A program made the translations under genes and the position numbers. The notes beneath the pieces are model-generated. The model saw only the letters and a program-made list of their open reading frames with translations, searched no databases and had not been told where the DNA came from. A stretch of 64,000 nucleotides of DNA from the human T2T-CHM13v2.0 reference genome, Homo sapiens: NCBI RefSeq assembly GCF_009914755.1, contig NC_060946.1; one strand, 5' to 3'. Below are positions 28,351-40,876 of the stretch, in pieces; within the stretch, counting starts at the first letter, position 1, and every line of letters begins with the position of its first letter.

Positions 28351-30556
28351 AGAGGAGTTCTTAAATTCTGGTTTTTATGCTGGATACTGGATGGGAAAAG
28401 AGGAGACAGACACATTTTATTGAGGAGCCGTAGTCCAGAAACAGTAAATATTTACTTGACAAGTGATTTATTCCCTTTCATGCCATGATTAAAGTTTAAC
28501 TTTCATTGAACAATTGCTCCATTTATATAGATGAAAATAAATAATTGGGAACATATGTGACAGCCCTTTCACTGGTCTCCCCACGATCTCTCTGGCCCTC
28601 CAGTAACCCATTATGTTCACAGCAGTCTTTCTGAAAAAACAAAACAAAAAAAAAAACAAAAAACAAATCATGCCCCAGTGCCTGCTTAACACATTCAATG
28701 GCTCCCTTTTGTCCTCAGAATTCAGCCCACACTTCCTATCCAAACTTTGAGAACTTGCAGAGTCTAGCTCTTTATTGATACCTCCAGTTGAATCTCATTT
28801 CTGCTATCTTTGAAGAGAGGGATAGCGGTTTGGGTGCGGGGTCAGAAACTAGGTGTGTCGGTGAGAGATTAGTCCGGGAAGCAGAGCCACACGGTGGTAT
28901 GTTTGGAATAAGAACTGTGTTACAGGAATCAGATGATACACGCTTGTAGGAGAAGCTGGGGAAGAAGGTCCACTGAGAGCACTGAGGATCACTAACAAGG
29001 GCTGGTGCAAGTGAATGAGTCAGGAGCTTGTAGGGAAGTCCGAAGCTTGGTGTATTGAGCTGGTGCACAGGCACCAGGAAAGGGGCTGATCTAGAAGTCT
29101 ATGGAATGTATTAGTTCTCCACGGTGACTGCCTCTGTGAATCTGCCGCTAAGGGTCTGAGGGTGGGCTTGCCATCACTGCTGGTCAGCAGGGTCGGGGAG
29201 AGCTAGATACAGAGCAGGGAAGATGGAGGACAAACTGGAAGCTGCTGGCCCCTCTGTGTCTGGCCACCCCTCACTGCTTCTAACCAATGATGACCTTCAG
29301 AGTGTAACGGCTGCTGCTTCCCATGAGCCTCCCTGGTCTTGCACAACCTCATTTTGGGGCAACTCTAACCTAGGAACATACAGGAAAAGGAGGTCTGAGA
29401 AATGTGGTTCCCAGCATAACCAAGTTGTCAACAGAATAATCCGGTAGATGTAGTCTCTGTACTCAAAGAACAGGAAAAAAGAGCAGAGAGGCCAAAAGAG
29501 GGTACTGGGGCAGTTTTGCTGTGTGATGAGTGATGTCATCCCTCCCTTCATATCTCCACCTCATCTTCAATAAAATCCACAGCCCTTGGCCATACTGTTT
29601 AAGTTGGATTTATTTCTTCCACTTTCCTCCCTTCCTCCTCCCTCCATCCCTTCCTCCTCCCATCCTCTCCCCCTCTCTTCCTTCCCTCCCTTCTCCCTTC
29701 TAGATGTCCTGGGTCTGGTCTGAACTTGGCACGGGGAAGAACAAGGCCTGCAAAGGTGGTCCAAACACATACAGTTTCCACTTTACTGAAAGGAGACATG
29801 GGTTTCCAATGTTGAGAAATCATAATCTAGCCAACCCTCTTTTTTATGTTAACTTCGTCTCCTTTCTATGAATGAGGCAATGCAGAAGTACAAAAAAAAA
29901 AAAAAAAAAAAAAGCAGGGTAGTGGGGAAGGAAAGATTCTGTCTCCCTCCCAGGGAGAAGGTGATGAAAAGGGAGAAGCTAGTGCCTCTGCACCAGCTGA
30001 ACGCAACAAGCTTCCAGACTTCCCTGCAAGGATCCCTCCCAGCCCTACTTACTCTTTGTTTCACAGTCAAAAAGCAGAAGTCCAAAGAGGTGAAGCACTT
30101 TGCTCCAAATCACACAGCACTCATTTTGGCCTAGAAACGGGCCTATTAGGAGTGACTCATCTCTTAAAAGGCCACACTCTCCAAGCCTGTTCTCTAAAGT
30201 GCTTACATCTACCCGGGGGGTCAGAGAGTGTCTTCACCTAAAACAATTTGCATTGATCATTGTGGTCGCAATTTCCATTTCTACATTAAAGTGGGGAAAG
30301 TGAGGCTAATTCTTAAGCTGTTGTTGGCAGAGCTTCTTATGGGGAGGTTATATCTTGGTTGGGGCCACCACAGATCAGGGGCTGACCTCTGTTGTAGAAA
30401 CTCAACTCTATAGTTCACTTGGGTGAAGTCAATTTATTAATTTACCTTTGTAGTGACTGGAATGCTTGTGGATACATTTTTGGGCTCAGGGACTCTGGAA
30501 GTCTTTGACCATGGCCCATGGTAAGAAGTACATTTTATTTAATACAAAGCAGTGGA

Positions 30557-30558
<2 letters not shown>

Positions 30559-30603
<45 letters not shown>
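30559..30603. repeat. (AC)22 microsatellite
   Basis: Read directly from the sequence. Confidence 0.97.
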
Positions 30604-30604
<1 letters not shown>

Positions 30605-31709
30605 CTGAAACAAATATTTCACTTAACGATGCTTAAAACTGACTGTGTATGACTCACTCTGATGATTTTTATTCCATTCTATTTCACTTCATTATGTAAA
30701 AATGCTGCTAGCATCCATGTAAATGTATTCCATGACCTACCGATTGGCCTTGAGTCCCAGCATAAAAAACACTAAGCTAGGGCCTCTCTTCTTGCAATCG
30801 AAGGATCTCAGAAGGAAGCAAAATTGAATTTAATCATCATAAAGTTGTTGTTATACCTCGAGTCAGAGTGGAGAGTGTGAGAGCAGCTTGAGGGTGAATT
30901 GAGTAACAGTGTGATAGGTCTGCGTGAGTTAAACCTGCTCTCTTGCAGGGCTCACTTTTCTAGCGACTGTCATGCTCAGTTTGCTAAGGAGTGTTCACTG
31001 CTCCCATTTACTGAGTCCTTATGGCGTGCTCAGTGATGGAGAGTAACAGGAAACATGAAAGAGGTCTGACAATATGGTAGGAATGAGTAGATTGATGTGA
31101 GTGAAGGAAAACACTCCTCTGCAGAGTCATGCCCAGGGACAAGCACAGTGAAAACCAAGTTGTTTTAAAACCAGCTGGTGTCTGTGATATGGAGGTATGT
31201 GGAAGGAAAACCCTGTCATTCATGTCATCGTGGTCACAGAACATGATATAATTTGTATGTCCGGAAGAACACAGCAAGAGGTTTTTTTTTTTGCTTTTTT
31301 TTTTTTTTTTTTTACTACTAAGGGCCATTCAGGTCCTAAACATGGAAGTTCAAGGCACCAAACCTCCAGTGTTATCATTACAAGAATATGGGAAGAAGCA
31401 CTAGCTACTTGGGAAGATCGCTTGAATCCAGAAAGCTGAGGCTGCAGTGAGATGTGATCATGCCTCTACATGCCAGCCTGGGCAACAGAGTAAGACCCAG
31501 TCTCTAAAAGAGGGAGAAGGAGGGAGGGAGACAGAGAGAGAACTAGATGTGCAGATCTCAAAGGGTCCTAGGTGGAACACTGTGAGGAGAATCTTGCATG
31601 GAAGGAAGAGAGAGAGCAGAGGAATGAGAGACTTTGTGTTGCATTGGAGAACTCCAGGCAGGGTGCAAGCTGTGCATCTCCATCTGCCTCTGATCAAGTT
31701 TGTGTAGAT

Positions 31710-31775
31710 TAGATAATAACTCATATAGATGTAGATAATAACTCACATAGGTATAGATAATAATTCACATAGTTG
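31710..31775. repeat. 22-bp tandem repeat, 3 copies
   Basis: tagataataactcatatagatg / tagataataactcacataggta / tagataataattcacatagttg. Confidence 0.9.
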
Positions 31776-31959
31776 CATACCCATGTTGCCTCACTGATCA
31801 ACATCATTGTGTGGAAGAAATCTTGGGCTGGGAAATGATAGACGGCCTCTCTCTTGATGCCTCAGGTAAGGACAATCAAGGCAGTCTGCTGCTCTATGGC
31901 CAAGAAGGTTAGGGATTGGAACAGAGGGTCGGCACCAAATACTTTGCTTATATTTTCTT

Positions 31960-33110
31960 GTTTTAAAACATATTTTATTGAGGTGTAACTCAATAAGTGC
32001 ATGGGTCAATAACATGTATATACCCATGTAACCACGACTACCTCAAGATATAAAACATTTCCAGCCCCCAGGAAGCTCCCTCCTCCCCCTCCTGGTCAAT
32101 ATCCACCCAAGGTAACCACTATGCTGATCGTTATCAGCGTTGACCAGTTCTGCTTGTTTTTCACTTTTACATTGTTGTGGTCTCAAACAACATGCATTCT
32201 TTTGTGTCTGACTTCCTTAACAGTACGTCTGTGTGAACCAAATTGCTGCAAGCCATGGTGGCGTGTGCTTTATTATCACTGTGTAGTATTACGCTGTGTG
32301 AACATGTTACAATGTATCCATTAGATCATGGGTCTCCAATTCCCGGCCACAGACCGGTACCTGTGAGGAACTGGGCTGCACAGCAGGAGGTGAGCTGCAG
32401 ATGACCAAGCCAAGCTTCATCTGTATTTACAGCTGCTCGCCATTGCTCATATTACCACCTGAGCTCTGTCTCCTGTCAGATCAGTGGAGGAATTACATTC
32501 TCATCGTGAACTGTGCATGTGAGGGATCTAGATTGTGTGCTCCTTATGAGGATCTAATGCCTGATGATCTGTCACTGTCTCCCATCACCCCCAGATGGGA
32601 CCATCTAGTTGCAGGAAAGCAAGCTCAGGGCTCCCATTGATTCTACACTACTGCGAGTTGCAGAATTATTTCGGTGTATATTACAATGTAATAATGATAG
32701 AAATAAAGTGCATGATAAATGTAATGTGCTTGAATCATCCCGAAACCATCTCCCCAGACCCTGTCCATGAAAAATTTGTCTTCTGTGAAACCAGTCCCTG
32801 GTGCCAAAAAGGTTGAGGACCACTGCATTAGATTGTTGATGAATATTTGGGTTGTTCAGTTTGGGCTGAGAATAAAGCTACCGTGAACATTCATGTACAG
32901 GTTTTCTTGGTCTACGTAAGCACTCATCTCTGCAGGGTATATATCATGGAGTTAAAATTCCTTGGTCACGCATTTAGCTTTTGTGGATACTGCTAAACAA
33001 CTTTCCAGAACGGTCAAACCAATTTACACTCACACCAGGGGCACAGAAGAGCTCCGTTTGCATTCTCACCAATATTGGTTTTGTTTGTATTTTTCATTTT
33101 AGCCATTCTA
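31960..33110 (-). mobile_element. L1ME 3'UTR interrupted by MER1A
   Basis: ttttattgaggtgtaac...acccatgtaaccac...gaatatttgggttgttcagtttgggct motifs. Confidence 0.65.
32327..32825 (+). mobile_element. MER1A (hAT-Charlie) DNA transposon
   Basis: Termini catgggtctccaa...ggttgaggaccactg; exact 8-bp TSD CATTAGAT at 32319-32326 and 32826-32833. Confidence 0.88.
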
Positions 33111-33622
33111 ACATAAAGCACAGTTATACACATGATGTCAGTAAATCCTCAAGACAAACTTATTATTGTTCCTGCTTCCTAATTAAAGAACCACAGATTT
33201 TGGGGGGTCAAGCCAGTTGCCTAAGCTCTCTCAGCCAGTGTATAGTAACGTTGAGATTCAAACTGTGCATATAACACCCTGGGTTCCTGGTCCCTGCTGG
33301 ATGTGCTGTGCCATGATCCATTTTCACTCCGTCACCAACCAAGTCAATGTTTAGGCTGAGGTACTTTGGGATACAATCCCCATGTATTGTATCCTCACAT
33401 GTAATTATATTATTTTATTAAGTATCTCCTTGGAGTCTGGGGGACCACCCTTCACCCTGGCTGGTCCATTCAACACCCTGTACATTGTGTTGATAGAGCT
33501 AATTATTTGTTAAAAGCATACATTTTAGCCAAGTGATATCTTTGCCTATTTATCTATTAACTATATATCAATCAATTATATATATGTGTGTGTATATATA
33601 TAGATATACACACACACATACA

Positions 33623-34328
<706 letters not shown>

Positions 34329-34422
34329 TCCAATGGACTAAGAATATATACATGAAATAGCAAGCTACTTGAACCAGTGGCTAACAGTTTTATTCTCTTC
34401 AATGGAGGAAAGCTTTCTCAAG

Positions 34423-35755
34423 TTGTGGCAGACAGACTCTAGGCTCATGGGCGTCCCCATGATCCCATCTTCTGGCATCCCTGGCCTTTTGTGGGCCCTT
34501 CCCTTTGAGCGTGTGTGGGATCTATGACTGGATTTTAACCAATACAATATGCAAAGGTGATGGGATGTAAAAGATTATAATGCCCATCTTGAGATGCTTT
34601 GGGCCATGTTTGGGAGGCCCATGTGGCAAGGAAATTAGTGCTACTTCTAGGAGCTAAGGGAAGCCTCTGGCCAACAGTCAGCAAAAATCTAACAGCCTAA
34701 ATCCAATAGACCACAAGAAACTAAATTTTGGCAGCACTTACATCAACTTGGAAGTGGATCCTTCCCCAGTAAACCTCACATGAAACCACAGCCCTGGCTG
34801 ACACGTAACTGCAGCCTTGTAAGACCCTGAGTAGAGGACCTTGCTAATCTATACCCAGACCCCTGACCTACAGAAACTTTGAGATAATAAATGTATAGTT
34901 TTTTTAAAAAAATTATTTATTTTTAAATTTTATTTTAATTTCTGGGATATATGTGCAGGACGTGTAGGTTTGTTACATAGGTGTATGCCATGGTGGTTTG
35001 CTGCACCTAGGTATTAAGCTCCACATACATTAGCTATTTATCCTGGTGCTCTCCCTCCTCCACCCACCCCTGACAGGCCCTGGTGTGTGTTCCTCTCCCT
35101 GTATCCATGTGTTCTCATTGTTCAGCTCCCACTTATGAGTGAGAATATGCGATGTTTGGTTTTCTGTTCCTGTGTTAGTTTGCTGAGGATAATGGCTTCC
35201 AGCTCCATCCATGTCCCTGCAAAGACATGATCTCGTTCATTTTTATGGCTGCATAGTATTCTATGGTGTATTATGTACCATATTTTATTTATCCAGTCTA
35301 TCATTGATGGGCATCTGGGTTGGTTCCATGTTTTCGCTATTGTGAATAGTGCTGCAATAAACATATACGTGCATGTATCTTTATAATAGAATGATTTGTA
35401 TTCCTTTGGGTATATACCCAGTAATGAGATTCCTGGGTCAAATGGGATTTCTGGTTCTAGATCCTTGAGGAATTACCACACTGTCTTCCACAATCGTTGA
35501 ACTAATTTACATTCCCACCAACAGAGCAAAAGCATTCCTACTTCTCCACAGCCTTGCCAGCATCTGTTGTTCCTTGACTTTTTAATAATTGCATTCTGAC
35601 TGGCATGAGATGGTATCTCATTGTGGTTTTGATTTGCATTTCTCTAATGATCAGTGATGTTGAGCTTTTTTCATGTTTTTTGGCTGCAAAAATGTCTTCT
35701 TGTTGTTTTAAGCTGTTAAGTGTGGTCATATTGTTACACAGCAATGACTAATACA
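34423..35755 (+). mobile_element. MLT1E/F-type MaLR LTR interrupted by L1PA
   Basis: tgtggcagacagactct...cttggaagtggatccttcccca...; resumes tgttgttttaagctgttaagtgtgg...actaataca. Confidence 0.7.
34899..35700 (-). mobile_element. L1PA 3' end (5'-truncated)
   Basis: MFIAALFTIAKTWNQPRCPSMIDWI...WMELEAIILSKLTQEQKTKHR ORF2 C-terminus plus L1PA 3'UTR. Confidence 0.9.
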
Positions 35756-35793
35756 AAAGATTTGTCTCTGCATGGAGATAAAGAATGTAATCA

Positions 35794-36115
<322 letters not shown>

Positions 36116-36139
36116 GAAATCTGATTTGATCAGCTAATA

Positions 36140-37283
36140 GACATAGGAAAATTCCAAGTGTTTTTTCTACTTTCATATACCACTCAACACAGCACTTCTG
36201 ACACCAGAAGTGTGGAGATTTCTTCCCATCAGCAACCAGTCAATTATTCAGGGGACACCAACTGGGCGTCCTCTAATTCCATTCACTCTGACCAATTGCA
36301 AGTAGTAGGTTGTCACTTACACTTCTGACCAATCAGCTATAAATTGGGGTTCCCATGACCCCCTCCTCAAGTTCAATTAATTTGCTAGAGTGACTCACAG
36401 AACTCAGGAAAACACCGTATCTGTGTTTACTGGCTTATTACAAGGGTATTACAAAAGATACAGATGAGCAGCCAGGTGGAAGAGATGCATAGGGCAAGTC
36501 CTGGGGCTAGGAGCATCTCTGCTCTCTCTGAGCACACCATACTACAGGACCTCCATGTGTTCAGCTATATGGAAGCTCTCTGAACCCACTTGGTTTTTCT
36601 GCATTTATCTGGAGGCTTCATTCTATAGGCATGATTGATTAAATCACTGGCCATTGGTAGTCAACTCACCCGTCAGCCCCTCTCTGCTCCTCAGAGGCTA
36701 AGGGGTGGAATTAAAAGTCTCAACTCTAGGCTACATGTGGTGGCTCACACCTGTAATCCCAATACTTTGGGAGGCTGAGGAGGGAGGATGGCTTGAGCCC
36801 ATGAATTTGAGACCAGCCTGGGGAACATAGTGAGACCCTATCTCTACAAAAAAAAAAAAAAAAAAAATAGCTGGGCATAATGGTGTGTGCCTGTAGTTCT
36901 AGCTACTCAAGAGGCTGAGGTGGGAGGATTGCTTGAGCCTGGGAGGTTGAGGCTGCAGTAATCACACCACTGCACTCCAGCCTGGGCAACAGAGCCAGAT
37001 CCTATTTTTGTTTTTTAGTCTCAACCGTCTAATCATGCCTTGGTTTTGTGGGTAACCAGTCCCCATCTTGAAGTTGTCTAGGGACCCTAGCCACCAGTCA
37101 TCTCACTAACATACAAAAGACACTCTTAACATTTTGGAGGTTCCAAGGATTTTAGGAGCTCTGTGCCAGGAAATGGATGAAGACCAAATGTATATATACA
37201 TGAATATTTAATATATACATGATATTAATATATATGAATATGTAATAAGAATATCTATTAATCTTTATAAATCACAATATCAT
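36140..37283 (-). mobile_element. MER21-type LTR interrupted by AluJ (36729-37018, +)
   Basis: cacttctgacaccagaagtgtgg...ttctgaccaatcagctataaattggggttcccatgaccccctcctc...tataaatcacaatatca. Confidence 0.75.
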
Positions 37284-39391
37284 ATCAGCCAACATATCTC
37301 ACCCAGTTTAAGTGCTGGTGACAGACAACCACACCATTAGTAGATGGGAGAAAACTCCCTGGAGAGCTGCTGAAATCCCATAACTCATGACAAGCAGATG
37401 AAGGCTTTCTGAGCCAAACATCCCATGACATCGGGATTGTAATTCCAGTCTTGGGAAATTGCTTTTTCTCTTGCAATTTGCTAGATTCTAAGGGGGGATC
37501 AAAAGAGTCACAAAGACTCCCCAGTGGGCTGTTAGCTGCAGCAACATTTCTTGAGCAAGTATTCAGCCTGGGAAGCTTCCTGATCATGTGCTCAGTGTCC
37601 ACATGGATGGGAGCTGGACTGATGGAGTAAGAAAGATCAGTGAGCACAGGGGAGAGGTCAGATGTTGTCAAATACACCATCCCTGGGTGAGCCCCAGAGA
37701 GCCTTTGCCCCCAGCCAATTAGCCCAACAAGTTACCATCTGTATGTGGCATCTATTTGCATAGCACACACTGTTCCCTGCACTTCTGAGGAAGAGGTGAA
37801 ACAGACTGGGACTTTTCTTTTCAAGACCTCAAGGGTGGAAACACTTTTGCCTGCAGTTGCCCATGGTTCTTGTTTGTTTAGAAAAATTAAGGCCTGGATG
37901 GACAGAGCTATCATTTGTTTGCTTCCTCTCATTTCTATTTAAAGCAGTTTATAAAGAAAGTCCTCCAGAAAAATCCAGCCGGCTCCCCACCCCCACACAT
38001 GCCTTTTCTGGACTGTGTTAAAGGGAGGGAAAGGTTATTATCCAGAGAGCAGTCAGAGTTCTCTTTCATAAGGTCAATTGGGTCATGTCACGTCCCTGCT
38101 GAAAGCCCATCTCTGGCTTCTCATTGCTCTCAGGACAAAGACCCAGCTCTTTGGTGTGGCCTCCAAGGCCCTGCAGGGTCTGGCCTCTGCCCAGTCTCAG
38201 GTGTCATCACACATCCTACTCTTTGCTTCCCAGCTATGCTCCTTGTTTGCCGCCCAGGGCCTTTGCCTGGCTGTATGGTCCACCTGGAGGCTGTCTCTGA
38301 CCCCCTTCTGTTCCTCCTTCCATTCTCAGCTTAAATGTCACCTCCTCAGAGAAGGCCTCCTGGACCCACAACCAACTGTGGGCTCTTCAAAGACATCTAT
38401 TACATCATTTTGGCTCATAGCACAATTTTAATAAATTAACCAATTAACTGCCAATGCACCCCCCTGCAAATATGTTATTCCATGAAGGTGGAGGGTGTCT
38501 ACCTGTCCACCACTGTCATCCCGGTACCTCACATACAGTAGGTTTCCAAGAAAAAGTTGCCAATAATTGGTTGATGGACTGAAGAAATCAATGGAGATCA
38601 GTGTAACTGTTTAATGTGAGAACTTCCTTGGCCCCTGGAGGGCCTGGGAGGAAACCTTTCCTCATCTTTAGATAATTACCACTTTGGCTTTTGGGTTTAT
38701 GGTGGCTGGATTATGATTCTTTTCAGAGGACTGATGTCTGGTCAGGTTTGGTGATGCTTATGAGAAAGGTTGTTAGCCTGGCAAGACAGACAGTGACATT
38801 TGCTGGTTACAGGGACAGGAAGGAGGGCTTCAGGGCTGGAGCAGTTCCAATCCCCAACTAAGTCTTCCATGCTCCAACACTGGCCCCAAGAATGTGATTC
38901 TCTGGAGGAGAGCATTCTAGACTTGACAGTGGCCAGGATTCCAGGACGTTTTGTGGTCTCCTGCCAAGTTTCATGCTCAGTTCTTTCCAGAAACAGTTAT
39001 AAGCAGTGGGGGCCCTGGGAGTGTGTGTAGGTGTCTTCGAGCCCAGGCACGGGGTCCATCAGGCCTGACTGCTCCAAAGAGGACTTCACGCATTCCAGCC
39101 CCACTGAGCCCTTATGGTGTGTCCTGTGATCTCATCTAGCTCTTACAATAATCTTTACAATAGTTAATTACCCTCACATTATAAAAGAGACAACTGGGAG
39201 TCAGAGTGAAATCACTTAGTCTAAGATCGTTCGAGTACTGTCAGAAGCGAGATTCAAATTGAGGCCTTCCTTATTTTAATGTTCATCCTCTTTCCTTTCA
39301 ACTGTATCACGATGCCTGAAATTATTCCAGCTGAACAAAGTCAGCCTGAATGATTCCTGGCGTTAAGGAAAAACCTGCTGCCCCTAACATA

Positions 39392-39392
<1 letters not shown>

Positions 39393-39444
<52 letters not shown>
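39393..39444. repeat. (CA)26 microsatellite
   Basis: Read directly from the sequence. Confidence 0.97.
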
Positions 39445-39449
<5 letters not shown>

Positions 39450-39535
39450 GCAACCCAGTTGTATGAAATTCCTTTAAGAAAGGCAAACTCTACTATTTTA
39501 TAATCAAGCATATGGTTTAAAATTCAGACACTCCT

Positions 39536-39872
<337 letters not shown>

Positions 39873-40565
39873 TCAGACATTTCTGGGAAAATTGACCTAC
39901 CAACAAATTCACACTAAGGCGTATATGATGGACAGGACATCTTTTGATGAGAGCAGCTTTTGATTAAGGAGGAGAACACGGAGGAGAAGAGAGAGGCACT
40001 TGTTCTTGAAGGGCTAAAGGGGCAAGGGGAGGTGGGAGGAAGTGGAGAGGAAGACAGAAAAAAGGAAACAGGAGAAAAGGGCTTAGAACGTGATAGGAGC
40101 CCACCAAGAGAATTTTTGGCAGATTTCCATTATTGCCTACAAGTGTCTCAGTGGCTTCTCTCCCAGAGATGCCAGGGGTGATATCTGAGCAGAGATCTGA
40201 ATGGTGAGAGGCCAAAACAAGGCCTTGAAGGAGAGTGTTCCAGGCAAATGGAAAAGGAAGACAAAACCCTCAAGGTTGGAATTGCTTGGTCGGTGTGACC
40301 CGGGCATCATGGGAGGACTTGGGATTAGCATGAGGTGAGTCGGAAAGAGAATTTGAATGGGGTTTTATTGTGCACTTTAACATGCCTTATTTGATGTTGT
40401 TTCACTCACAGCCCCATGACTTAGAGTACAAGGACATTCAGAGGACAGGGGTTGAGGGAGAAGTCCTGGGTTGAGACTGCCTGAATTCATACCCTATGAA
40501 TTTAGTTGTTGCACTTACGTTGCAAGTGACTTGAGATTTTTCTTTTGGCTAAAATGAGCCCAACC

Positions 40566-40876
40566 AGCTGGGCACAGTGGCTCACGCCTGCAATCTCAGC
40601 ACTTTGGGAGGCTGAGGCGGGTGGATTGCTTGAGCTCGCGAGTTCAAGATCAGCCTGGGCAACATGGTAGCACCCCCCAAAAGACAAAAAAAAAAAGCCA
40701 GGCATGGTGACATATCCCTGTGGTCTCAGCTACTTGGGAGGCTGAAGTGGGAAGACTGCTTAAACCCAGGAGGTTGAGGCAACGGTGAGCTGAGATCACA
40801 GCACTGCAATCCAGCCTTGGTGACAGAGTGAGACCCTGTCTCAAACAAACAAAACAAAAACCCACAAAACGAAAAA
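40566..40876 (+). mobile_element. AluJ
   Basis: Dimer; TSD aaaatgag(c/g)ccaacc. Confidence 0.88.

Noticed and set aside
28855-29430. Possible old ERVL-type LTR
   Set aside because: It resembles LTR sequence, but I could not assign a family or ends with enough confidence; needs Dfam.
31710-31775. CRISPR-like array (also considered for 58691-58799)
   Set aside because: Tandem copies without unique spacers, no cas genes, primate genomic context.
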